Positions 36,574 to 45,135 of a DNA stretch of 64,000 nucleotides are shown one piece after another. The translations under genes were made by a program, and so were the position numbers. The stretch comes from Candidatus Falkowbacteria bacterium (lineage in GTDB: Bacteria; Patescibacteriota; Patescibacteriia; CAIXNZ01), in contig CAVZGV010000003.1 in the NCBI GenBank assembly GCA_963774955.1, positions 771-64,770 on the forward strand, given 5' to 3'. A model generated the notes under the pieces. The model saw only the letters and a program-made list of their open reading frames with translations. It did not search any database and was not told the DNA's origin. Position 1 is the stretch's first letter, and each line of letters opens with the position of its first letter.

Positions 36574-36657
36574 TGTGTCCAATATTGTGCAAAAAGTAGT
36601 TTACTAATAGCTTGAAAGTTGATATTATAATAGTAATTAATATAAGCGTTAAAATAT

Positions 36658-37763
36658 ATGGAAATTAAGCCAGAAATCGAAACTTTTGCTAAAATTAAAA
36701 TTGTTGGTGTCGGCGGTAGTGGAGGCTCAGCTGTTAATCGTATGATTGATTCGAAAATTAGAGGTGTGGAATTTGTTAGTGTAAATACTGATATTCAGGC
36801 TTTGCATTATTCTCGGCTCATAAAAAACTACATATCGGCAAAATCGATTACCCGTGGCTTGGTGCCGGTATGGATCCGGAAATCGGCTATAAAGCCGCTG
36901 AAGAGTCACAAAATGAAATCAGTGAGTTCTCAAAGGAGCAGATATGGTTTTTATAACTTGTGGCTTGGGCGGCGGTACTGGTAGCGGTGCTTCGCCGGTA
37001 ATAGCAGAAATTGCCAAAGAGCTGGGGGCTTTGACTGTGGCGGTCATTACCAAGCCTTTTTCTTTTGAAGGCGCCCAACGCAAAGGTATTGCTGATGGAG
37101 CCTGGGACAGATTGAGCGAAAAAGTGGATACTATTATAACTATTCAAAATGATCGTCTTTTACAAATAATTGATAAGAAGACTTCGTTGCTGGAAGCTTT
37201 TGGCATTGTTGATGATGTTTTAAGACAGGCGGTTCAGGGAATTTCTGAATTGGTTACTATTCCCGGTTTGATTAATGTTGACTTTGCAGATGTTAAATCA
37301 ATTATGAAAGATCAGGGTACGGCTTTGATGGGCATTGGTCAGGCCAGGCGGTGAAAATCGTGCAATTGACGCAGCTAAGGCAGCTATTTCCAGTCCGCTT
37401 CTGGAATTATCAATGGATGGGGCCAAAGGCGTCTTATTTATTGTTTCTGGCGGTCCGGAATTAAGCATGCATGAAGTTAATGAAGCAGCTAAGATAATTA
37501 CTGCTTCAGCTGATAATAATGCCAAAATTATTTTTGGTACGGTTATTGATAAAGATTTGGGTGATCAAATCAAAATTACCGTTATTGCTACTGGTTTTGA
37601 ACCAAAGTCAATAAAAAATAAAGAAGTTGAAACTAAAATATATACTCCGGAAAAAAATTTATATAAACCAAGTCAATTTTTAAATAAAGAAAGCCAGGAA
37701 GATAAGATTGATGACAAACCAAAGAAAAAAGACGCGGATGATTATAAGATTAATGTTAGATAA
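36658..37763 (+). pseudogene. ftsZ: Cell-division GTPase FtsZ, split into 3 frame segments by homopolymer-type indels.
   Basis: IKIVGVGGSGGSAVNRMI...GVEFVSVNTDIQAL; then [43 protein letters not shown]...NDRLL (tubulin signature GGGTGSG); then AIDAAKAAISSPLLE...ATGFE. The breaks fall at a GGG run and an AAAA run. Confidence 0.75.
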
Positions 37764-37869
37764 AAATGAAAGTGAGGAGGAAGATTTGGATATCCCGGCC
37801 TTTATCAGGAAAAAGATGATGTAAGCCTGAATCACGGATTTTTCTCACGGATAATACAGATTTTGGTTA

Positions 37870-38205
37870 ATGTTAAAAATAATTTTAATAAGTAACGAAG
37901 AAAATAATATGTCGGAGCTATCAAAACCACCAGCAGCTGAAAAAAAAGAAGCTGAGCCTAGTTTGGAAAATATTAGATCTGGAACTTGGGCTTATACTCT
38001 TGATCTTTACGGAAAGGGTATAGGTGGAGTTAAATATGAATTGTCTGCGTCCGAAACCGTGGAACGGTTAAATAAAGCCTTAGAATTAATTAAAAGTCAG
38101 TCGGGACGTGTTGTTAATTTAATGGAAATTAATGTGAGGGAGGCAAAGGGTGGAAGTTTTGGCGGCGCAGTAGAAAAAGCCACTATTATTATTGTAGAGA
38201 AATAA
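37870..38205 (+). CDS. Hypothetical protein (111 aa).
   Basis: Intact ORF followed by a terminator; no family recognised. Confidence 0.4.
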   Translation: MLKIILISNEENNMSELSKPPAAEKKEAEPSLENIRSGTWAYTLDLYGKGIGGVKYELSASETVERLNKALELIKSQSGRVVNLMEINVREAKGGSFGGAVEKATIIIVEK

Positions 38206-38256
38206 CTCAATGATCAAAGAGTCCCTCTCTGAGATATAAAATTATAATAAAAAAAA

Positions 38257-38283
38257 GTCGCTTGCATTGCAGGCGGCTTTTTG
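38257..38283 (+). terminator. Rho-independent terminator.
   Basis: gtcgcttgcattgcaggcggc stem-loop followed by tttttg. Confidence 0.5.
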
Positions 38284-38449
38284 TGTGGGTAAAAATTTTT
38301 TGGGAAAAGTTATCCACATTTTTTTTATAAAATATGAATAAATCAGTTTAAAAATTTTTACGACGCAGAGAAAAACTTGATTTTAAGCGTCAAAATGTTA
38401 TCTTGGTCAAAAACAATATTTTATGGCCGATACCCTTGACACGAGGTTG

Positions 38450-38505
38450 TTGACGTATACTACATGTAGTATTAAAATAAATACAAGAGATACTAAATAT
38501 AGTAT
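38450..38505 (+). promoter_or_regulatory. nrdR promoter (TTGACG, 17 nt, TAAAAT) overlapped by two 16-nt palindromic NrdR-box-like operators, ATACTACATGTAGTAT (38457-38472) and ATACTAAATATAGTAT (38490-38505), centred 33 nt apart.
   Basis: Perfect and near-perfect 16-nt palindromes of the acacTAtATATaGTgt class, with the spacing characteristic of NrdR tandem boxes. Box 1 fills the promoter spacer. Confidence 0.6.
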
Positions 38506-38576
38506 TTCAAGATTATTTAAAGAAATAAGCAAAATATTGTTTTGCATTGGGGTTTTGCTTCTTTAAAATAAAGATT

Positions 38577-39047
38577 ATGAAATGTCCTGTTTGTAATTAT
38601 CAGGAAACTAAGGTTGTTGATTCTCGTGAAGGTTCTGACGGTATTACCATCAGAAGACGCCGTGAATGCTTAAAATGCGGTTTTCGCTTTAGCACATATG
38701 AGCAGGTGGAGCTTTTAGAGGTTTCGGTTATTAAGCGTGACGGCCGCAAAGTAGCTTATGCTCGAGAAAAACTGGAGAGCGGGCTGAAAAAAGCCTTTGA
38801 AAAAAGACCGATTGGCAATGAGGATTTACGAATTTTAGTTAATAAAATTGAAAGAAATATTCAGGCCAGGAAGAAAAATGAGATTACCAGTCAGGAAATA
38901 GGGGAATTGGTTATAAAAGAGTTAAAAAAGAAAGATCCGGTTGCTTATATCAGATTCGCCTCAGTTTATCGGGCTTTTAATAACCTGGAAAGTTTCCAAA
39001 AAGAAATCAATGCGGTTTTTAAAAAGAAAGTTAAACGGAACCATTGA
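38577..39047 (+). CDS. nrdR: Transcriptional repressor NrdR (zinc ribbon plus ATP cone).
   Basis: MKCPVCNYQETKVVDSRE...RRRECLKCGFRFSTYE. Start taken at the internal ATG at 38577. Confidence 0.85.
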   Translation: MKCPVCNYQETKVVDSREGSDGITIRRRRECLKCGFRFSTYEQVELLEVSVIKRDGRKVAYAREKLESGLKKAFEKRPIGNEDLRILVNKIERNIQARKKNEITSQEIGELVIKELKKKDPVAYIRFASVYRAFNNLESFQKEINAVFKKKVKRNH

Positions 39048-39130
39048 TTGTTGATCACAGATTACCCTGATAAGTAATTTGTGGAATCAGTGAAAATAAA
39101 TCAGTCTTTAAGAACTTACATATATATACT

Positions 39131-41173
39131 ATGGGTAAAATTACCAAAATCAAAAAACGTGATGACCGTATCGTTGATTTTGATCTAGCTAAGATTGAAG
39201 CCGCCATTTATAAAGCTATGGAAGCTGTAGGTGATCCTAATCGCAAAAAGGCAGCCAAGCTGGCATTACAACTGGAAAAGGAAGTAAATCATAAATTTCA
39301 TGAACGTACTATTCCGGCAGTGGAAGAAATCCAGGATATAGTGGAAGAGGTTTTAATTAAGGACAAACAAATTAAAACAGCAAAAGCTTATATTATTTAT
39401 CGCGAACAGCATGCTCAGATCAGGAATTTGAAGACCTTGATTGATTCTGACGCCTTAATGGAAGGTTATTTGGTCCAGAGTGACTGGCGGGTCAAAGAAA
39501 ATAGTAATATGGCTTATTCTTTGCAGGGTTTGAATAATCACGTGTCTTCGGCTGTTTCGGCTCATTACTGGTTACATAAAGTTTATCCTCAGGATGTGCG
39601 TGATGCCCATGGCACTGCTGATATCCATATTCATGATCTGCAGACTTTGGCGGCTTATTGCTGCGGCTGGGATTTGCGTGAATTATTAATGAAAGGTTTT
39701 GGCGGGGTGGAGAGCAAGGTTACTGCCAGGCCAGCCAAGCATTTTCGAACCGCTTTGGGACATATTGTGAATTTCTTTTATACTTTGCAGGGTGAAACCG
39801 CCGGTGCTCAGGCTTTTTCCAGTTTTGATACATATTTAGCGCCTTTTATTGCTTTTGATAATTTGGATTATAATAATGTTAAACAGTGTATTCAGGAATT
39901 TTTATTCAATATGAATGTGCCTACTCGTGTCGGTTTTCAAACTCCATTTACCAATATCACCATGGATTTAGTCGTACCTGAAATGATGAAAGACGAGCCG
40001 GTAATTATCGGCGGTAAGTTTCAGGATAAAACATATAAAGAATTTACCAAGGAAATGGAAATGATTAATTTGGCCTTTACTGAAGTCATGACTACGGGTG
40101 ACGCTAACGGCAGAGTTTTTACCTTTCCAATTCCGACTTACAATATTACCAAAGATTTTGACTGGAATAATCCGGTAGTTGAAAAAATCATGGAAATGAC
40201 CTCAAAATACGGTATTCCATATTTTTCCAATTTTGTCAATAGCGACATGAAGCCTGAAGATGCGCGTAGTATGTGCTGTCGTCTGCGCTTGGATAACCGT
40301 GAATTGAGAAAAAGAGGCGGAGGTTTATTTGCGGCCAATCCTTTGACCGGTTCTATCGGCGTAGTAACGATTAATCTGGCCCGGCTGGGTTATGTGGCTG
40401 AAGATAAAAATGACTTTATTGCCAGACTGGAAAAGATTATGATGACCTGCAGGCACAGCCTGGAATTAAAACGCAAGGTGGTAGAAAAATTTACTGAAGA
40501 AGGCTTGTATCCCTATTCCAGATTTTATTTGCAGGATATTAAAAGTCGTTATGGTGAGTACTGGAAAAATCATTTTAATACCATTGGCATTAATGGCATG
40601 AATGAAGCGGCTATAAATTTATTGGGTCAGGACATTACAACTACGGCCGGCCATGAATTTGCCAGAGATATTTTAGATTTTATGCGGGAAAAATTAATGG
40701 ATTATCAGATTGAGAGCAATAATTTATATAATTTAGAGGCAACACCGGCCGAAGGCACTTCTTATCGTTTTGCCAAGGCAGATAAACAGCGTTATCCCGA
40801 CATTGTCTGCGCTAATGAAAAAGCTTATCGCGAAAGAGGGGCTGAACCTTACTATACCAATTCTTCCCAATTACCTGTAGATTATACCGATGACATTTTT
40901 GCGGCGTTAGATTTGCAGGATGATTTGCAAACACGATATACCGGCGGTACTGTTTTTCACGGTTTTATCGGAGAACGCATGCCGTCTTCGGAATCAACAA
41001 AAAATTTAGTCAGAAAAATTGCGGAAAAGTATCATTTGCCATATTTTACTGTTACTCCGACTTTCAGTGTCTGTCCGGTGCACGGTTATATAAGCGGGGA
41101 ACATTTTTTCTGCCCCAAATGTGATGCAGAAATTGGATATGTGGAAAATACCACCCAGGCATTAGCAGCTTAA
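39131..41173 (+). CDS. nrdD: Anaerobic (class III) ribonucleoside-triphosphate reductase, main body. It has an N-terminal ATP cone and ends after the C-terminal Zn ribbon, without the glycyl-radical motif.
   Basis: ATP cone KIKKRDDRIVDFDLAKIEAAIYKAM. The core includes CCRLRLD. The C-terminus ...SVCPVHGYISGEHFFCPKCDAE... then stops. The expected RxxGY / NWNKGK segment is missing from this ORF. Confidence 0.75.
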   Translation: MGKITKIKKRDDRIVDFDLAKIEAAIYKAMEAVGDPNRKKAAKLALQLEKEVNHKFHERTIPAVEEIQDIVEEVLIKDKQIKTAKAYIIYREQHAQIRNLKTLIDSDALMEGYLVQSDWRVKENSNMAYSLQGLNNHVSSAVSAHYWLHKVYPQDVRDAHGTADIHIHDLQTLAAYCCGWDLRELLMKGFGGVESKVTARPAKHFRTALGHIVNFFYTLQGETAGAQAFSSFDTYLAPFIAFDNLDYNNVKQCIQEFLFNMNVPTRVGFQTPFTNITMDLVVPEMMKDEPVIIGGKFQDKTYKEFTKEMEMINLAFTEVMTTGDANGRVFTFPIPTYNITKDFDWNNPVVEKIMEMTSKYGIPYFSNFVNSDMKPEDARSMCCRLRLDNRELRKRGGGLFAANPLTGSIGVVTINLARLGYVAEDKNDFIARLEKIMMTCRHSLELKRKVVEKFTEEGLYPYSRFYLQDIKSRYGEYWKNHFNTIGINGMNEAAINLLGQDITTTAGHEFARDILDFMREKLMDYQIESNNLYNLEATPAEGTSYRFAKADKQRYPDIVCANEKAYRERGAEPYYTNSSQLPVDYTDDIFAALDLQDDLQTRYTGGTVFHGFIGERMPSSESTKNLVRKIAEKYHLPYFTVTPTFSVCPVHGYISGEHFFCPKCDAEIGYVENTTQALAA

Positions 41174-41182
41174 AATTTAATG

Positions 41183-41191
41183 TGCTATAAT
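41183..41191 (+). promoter_or_regulatory. Extended -10 promoter element (TGcTATAAT) just after the nrdD stop.
   Basis: tgctataat; no good -35. Confidence 0.35.
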
Positions 41192-41358
41192 AGGATTAAC
41201 CCCAAGCAAAGGGCATTCCTTGTAGTCGGGGGTAAGTTGTTTTCGTGGAAAATTCAGTTAAAAAATGATATTCAGCCCGGGGCTATCAAATTAGGCTAAC
41301 AAAAATATTTATATAATTGTTGCCGGTTTTTTTAAACTGGCAGCCAGGTGGGAAATTT

Positions 41359-41499
41359 ATGAACACAAGATTACAACGCACACCCTGCGAAGTTTATTCT
41401 CGGATAGTTGGTTACATCCGCCCTGTTAATCAGTGGAACAAGGGCAAACGCGCAGAATTTACTGACAGAAAAGAGTTCAACAAGCAACTAGCCGGGTAG
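41359..41499 (+). CDS. Stand-alone glycyl-radical domain mini-protein, the detached C-terminal radical domain of NrdD (46 aa from the RBS-supported start).
   Basis: MNTRLQRTPCEVYSRIVGYIRPVNQWNKGKRAEFTDRKEF carries the NrdD glycyl-radical signature R-I-V-G-Y followed by NxWNKGK..E..DR. A strong RBS AGGTGGG sits 6 nt upstream of the ATG at 41359. Confidence 0.6.
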   Translation: MNTRLQRTPCEVYSRIVGYIRPVNQWNKGKRAEFTDRKEFNKQLAG

Positions 41500-41592
41500 A
41501 GTTCTTTCAAGGTTCGCCTAAGCTTTGATTAGCTGAAGACAAAATAGCTCGGGTGAGCAAGGGAGGGGTCAAATATAGTTCTTTAAATAATA

Positions 41593-41702
41593 CCAACCTC
41601 AACTTGTAGCGACTGTATAGTTAACAGTTAAGTGCGTCAGGGTACGTATTGGTGCGTTTGGCTGTTAACTATATAAACTACTTGCCGAGGTTGGTTTTTT
41701 TG
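41593..41702 (+). terminator. Long imperfect hairpin (~100 nt) ending in a T8 run. It is either a terminator or a structured RNA between the nrdD-associated mini-ORF and nrdG.
   Basis: ccaacctc...tatagttaacag (loop) ctgttaactata...gaggttgg followed by tttttttt. Confidence 0.45.
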
Positions 41703-41781
41703 TTGTAAAATTAGGCTACAAATATAAAAATCGGCTACAAGTGATTACAGCTTGGGTCGTCTAAGTTAAAAATTTCAGTAC

Positions 41782-41816
41782 ATTTGTAATAATTTGTATT
41801 TATTTGTATATTTGTA
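41782..41816 (+). promoter_or_regulatory. Four direct ATTTGTA repeats at 10/11/7-nt spacing, immediately upstream of the nrdG start.
   Basis: cATTTGTAataATTTGTAtttATTTGTAtATTTGTAacatATG. Confidence 0.35.
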
Positions 41817-41820
41817 ACAT

Positions 41821-42516
41821 ATGATTAAGATTGCCGGACTACAAAGAATGACTCTAATGGATTATCCCGGTAAAGTAGCTACCGCGGTTTTTTTGGCTGG
41901 ATGTAATTTTCACTGCGGTTTTTGTCATAATCCGGAGATTGTGGAAATTAATCCGGATCAAGTAATCATTGAGGAAGAGGATTTTTTTGACTTTTTAAAA
42001 AGCCGACAAGGGTTATTAGACGGCGTTTGTGTCAGTGGGGGAGAACCCTTGATTTATGAGGCGTTACCTGAGTTTTTGAATAAAATTAAGTCTTTAGGCT
42101 TTACCATAAAGTTGGATACTAATGGGCTCAATTTTTCTTTACTGCAAAAAATATTAAAAGAAAAGCTGGTTGATTATATTGCTATGGATATAAAAGCATC
42201 TTTGGCCAATTATCATAAAGTTACTAATATAAAGGCTGATTTTAATAATATTGAGCAAAGCATTAAGGCGATTATGGACAGCGGCCTTGGCTATGAATTT
42301 CGCACTACGGTAATGCCCAGATTTCATAATGAAGAGGAAATTGAAAAAATGGCCCGGATGATTAAGGGCGCGAAAAAATACTATCTGCAGAATTTTCGTA
42401 ATCAGAAAACTTTGGATCCTGAATTTAGGGACGATAATTGCTTTACAGAAGAGCAGTTAGCGGCCTTAAGGCAGATTGCCGCCAAATATGTTAATTTGTG
42501 TGAAATAAGAAATTAA
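41821..42516 (+). CDS. nrdG: Anaerobic RNR activating protein (radical SAM).
   Basis: CNFHCGFCHN CxxxCxxC cluster motif near the N-terminus; 231 aa. Confidence 0.8.
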   Translation: MIKIAGLQRMTLMDYPGKVATAVFLAGCNFHCGFCHNPEIVEINPDQVIIEEEDFFDFLKSRQGLLDGVCVSGGEPLIYEALPEFLNKIKSLGFTIKLDTNGLNFSLLQKILKEKLVDYIAMDIKASLANYHKVTNIKADFNNIEQSIKAIMDSGLGYEFRTTVMPRFHNEEEIEKMARMIKGAKKYYLQNFRNQKTLDPEFRDDNCFTEEQLAALRQIAAKYVNLCEIRN

Positions 42517-42559
42517 TCAATTTTGTATTATATTTAAGAATTAGCGATTTTTATCACTA

Positions 42560-42862
42560 ATGACGATATTTGAAAACAAAGTCCTGTCTTTGGTCTCAAA
42601 AATACCTATTGGCAAGGTCAGCACTTATCAGCTTATTGCCGCTAAAATTGGCAATAAAAGCCTGGCTCGGGCGGTTGGAAATGCATTACATAAAAATCCT
42701 TGTTTAATTAAAGTACCTTGCCATCGTGTTATTAAATCTAACGGCAGTATCGGCGGTTATGCCAAGGGACTTGCCAAAAAAGCTCAATTGTTGCAAAATG
42801 AAGGCATAATAATAAAAGGGGGGAACGTAGCCAATTTGGCTAAGTATCTTTACCACTTTTAA
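42560..42862 (+). CDS. ogt: Methylated-DNA-protein-cysteine methyltransferase family protein, C-terminal domain only.
   Basis: Active-site motif PCHRV with the catalytic Cys retained; 100 aa. Confidence 0.7.
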   Translation: MTIFENKVLSLVSKIPIGKVSTYQLIAAKIGNKSLARAVGNALHKNPCLIKVPCHRVIKSNGSIGGYAKGLAKKAQLLQNEGIIIKGGNVANLAKYLYHF

Positions 42863-42903
42863 TGCGCTGAAATTATTTGGTTTTAGCGTGAAAGGAAAGC
42901 TTT

Positions 42904-43179
42904 ATGAAAAAATGTCAAAAATGCGGGGCGCCGTTGGAAGGATTTTTGTATAACACTATCGGCAAGTTATTGGGAGTTAAGCCGTCAGCAAGCAACCCTG
43001 AAATTTGTAATAAATGCGAAGCTGAAAAGCCGGCTGAACCCGCTAAATCAGAACAGCCAGTAGTCAGCCCGATGTCAGAAACTTCAGAGCCTCAAGCACC
43101 AGCTATGCCCGAAGTAAAGGTAGATTCATCTGCTGCTGTGTCTACTGAGGATAAAGAAAAAGACGATCTTATCTCATAA
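42904..43179 (+). CDS. Small zinc-ribbon protein with an acidic Pro/Ala-rich tail.
   Basis: CQKCG...CNKCE. Confidence 0.4.
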   Translation: MKKCQKCGAPLEGFLYNTIGKLLGVKPSASNPEICNKCEAEKPAEPAKSEQPVVSPMSETSEPQAPAMPEVKVDSSAAVSTEDKEKDDLIS

Positions 43180-43273
43180 TCAATTAAAATACTTTTAGAT
43201 AAGGACAGGAAAATTTTTCCTGTCTTTATTTCTGCCATTTAAGCTTTGACTTAGATGGCCAAAGGGGAAAAAT

Positions 43274-44578
43274 ATGTTAATACCAGAACAAAATAATCCT
43301 AATTTGTTTAAAGAACCGTCAGCCAAAAAAAGATTTTCTCAAAGCGTAATAATTATTACGCTTGTACTTAGTTTGGTTTTGGGCAGTGTCTCAGGCGGGG
43401 TAGCCACACTTCTTATAATGAAAAATCTTGATAAGTTTGGTTTCCTCATCGGTCAAAATAACGGGCAGACAGCGATTCAAAATGTAACTAAGGAAACAAT
43501 AATTGAAAGTGATTTGGGCTCAGACACTATCAGGGTGGTTAAAGACGTTCAGCCTTCGGTGGTCAGTATCATTATTTCCAAAACTTTAAAGCAGATTTAT
43601 AGTTCAACCGAGCCGACTCAATTTGATCAGTTTTTTCAGTTTGGCTGGCCGTTTCAGATGCAGCAGCCGGAACCGCAAGTTCCTAAGGGCAGGGAAGATG
43701 ATAAGCAGGAAGTGGGCGGCGGCAGCGGCTTTATTGTCTCAGCAGACGGTTTAATTATTACCAATAAACATGTGGTCGTTGATGAAGATGCGACATACAC
43801 AGTTGTAACTAATGACGGGACCAAGTATGAGGCGCAGGTTTTGGCTCGTGATTCCATTAATGATTTGGCGGTATTAAAAATAGAAGCCAAGGATTTAAAG
43901 CCGGTTACTTTGGGTGATTCTGATAATATCGAAATTGGTCAGACAGTCATTGCCATTGGTAATTCATTGGCCCAATTTCAGAATTCAGTTACCCGCGGAG
44001 TAGTTAGCGGCATAAATCGTCGTATTGAAGCCGGAGGCAGCCAGGGTTTCACCGAAGTTTTGGAAGAAGCGATTCAGACTGATGCTGCCATTAACCCGGG
44101 CAATTCCGGCGGACCGCTTTTAAATTTAAAAGGCGAAGTTATCGGTATTAATACTGCTATTTCTCAATCAGGACAATTATTGGGCTTTGCTATTCCAATT
44201 AATGAAGCCAAACAGGTGATAGATAGTATCCAGAAAAATGGTAAAATTGTCAGACCGTTTTTGGGAGTGCGTTATGTAATCATTGATTCCCAGATTTCCA
44301 AGGCCAATAGCTTACAATATGATTACGGCGCTCTAATCAGCCAGGGGCAATCACCAGCGGATATTGCGGTGGTGCCAGGTTCACCGGCAGATAAGGCTGG
44401 TTTGGTGGCCAATGATATTATTTTAGAAATAAATGGCTTGAAGATTGATGACAGTCATTCATTAGCCCGCATGCTGGCCAAATATGCGCCGGGTGATGAA
44501 GTAGAATTGAAGATTTTCCATAAGGACGGGGAAAAGACAGTTAAGGTTAAATTAACGGAACGACCGGAAGGAAATTAA
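43274..44578 (+). CDS. htrA: HtrA/DegP-family serine protease with an N-terminal TM anchor and a C-terminal PDZ domain.
   Basis: GSGFIVSADGLIITNKHVV (His box), DLAVLKI (Asp), GNSGGPLLN (Ser box), PDZ-like tail. Confidence 0.8.
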   Translation: MLIPEQNNPNLFKEPSAKKRFSQSVIIITLVLSLVLGSVSGGVATLLIMKNLDKFGFLIGQNNGQTAIQNVTKETIIESDLGSDTIRVVKDVQPSVVSIIISKTLKQIYSSTEPTQFDQFFQFGWPFQMQQPEPQVPKGREDDKQEVGGGSGFIVSADGLIITNKHVVVDEDATYTVVTNDGTKYEAQVLARDSINDLAVLKIEAKDLKPVTLGDSDNIEIGQTVIAIGNSLAQFQNSVTRGVVSGINRRIEAGGSQGFTEVLEEAIQTDAAINPGNSGGPLLNLKGEVIGINTAISQSGQLLGFAIPINEAKQVIDSIQKNGKIVRPFLGVRYVIIDSQISKANSLQYDYGALISQGQSPADIAVVPGSPADKAGLVANDIILEINGLKIDDSHSLARMLAKYAPGDEVELKIFHKDGEKTVKVKLTERPEGN

Positions 44579-44592
44579 AATTTTAGATCCTC

Positions 44593-44652
44593 GGAATCCA
44601 ATTCCCAATTGGGAATTGGATTCCACAAGAAGCCACGTGACGCGGTTTTTTT
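44593..44652 (+). terminator. 32-nt perfect palindrome (ggaatccaattcccaattgggaattggattcc) followed by a GC stem and a T7 run.
   Basis: Read directly from the sequence. Confidence 0.55.
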
Positions 44653-44668
44653 GTTTGTACTTTAAATC

Positions 44669-44697
44669 TTGACATTGTGATTTTTGTATGTTAGGAT
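44669..44697 (+). promoter_or_regulatory. Sigma70-like promoter for the pilin gene (TTGACA, 17 nt, TAGGAT).
   Basis: Perfect -35, 17-nt spacer and a TAnnnT -10. Confidence 0.45.
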
Positions 44698-44730
44698 ATA
44701 AAATCAATGTTTGAAAGGAGGAATATCAGG

Positions 44731-45039
44731 ATGAGGAGAAAAGGGAGTCCGGGGTTTACTTTGATTGAGCTGATGATCGTCGTGGCCATTATTGGCATTC
44801 TGGTGGTCGGTGTCGGCTTGATCGGAGTAGGGGTTAAAGGCAATTTCTGGTGGACCCAGAGCGGAGTTGTTACCCAACTTCAGGAAGAACAACAGGGCGT
44901 GGAAAAAATGATCGTTTCCAAATCCGAGCGCAATATCTGGCGTGATTCCAGAATCACAGTCGTCCGAAACGGTCAGCCCGTGACCTATTGCCTGGATTCG
45001 GATATCTTTTTCGACTATGATCTTCATGACTGTAACTAG
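44731..45039 (+). CDS. Type IV pilin / pseudopilin with a class III (prepilin peptidase) signal.
   Basis: MRRKGSPG | FTLIELMIVVAIIGILVVGV N-methylation motif. C-terminal Cys pair (YCLDSDIFFDYDLHDC). AGGAGG RBS 9 nt upstream of the ATG at 44731. Confidence 0.8.
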   Translation: MRRKGSPGFTLIELMIVVAIIGILVVGVGLIGVGVKGNFWWTQSGVVTQLQEEQQGVEKMIVSKSERNIWRDSRITVVRNGQPVTYCLDSDIFFDYDLHDCN

Positions 45040-45053
45040 ACTTTATTTCCTAA

Positions 45054-45086
45054 ACGGCTTGCTCAATGTAGCAGGCCGTTTTTTTA
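45054..45086 (+). terminator. Rho-independent terminator after the pilin gene.
   Basis: acggcttgct-caatgt-agcaggccgt followed by ttttttt. Confidence 0.7.
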
Positions 45087-45135
45087 TTGATGATAAGCTT
45101 TTCAAATGAGATATTTTTTGCTAAGATGAGGTTAT

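Noticed and set aside
44704-45027. 107-aa minus-strand ORF overlapping the pilin gene.
   Set aside because: It is antisense to a well-supported pilin CDS with its own RBS, promoter and terminator, and has no motif.
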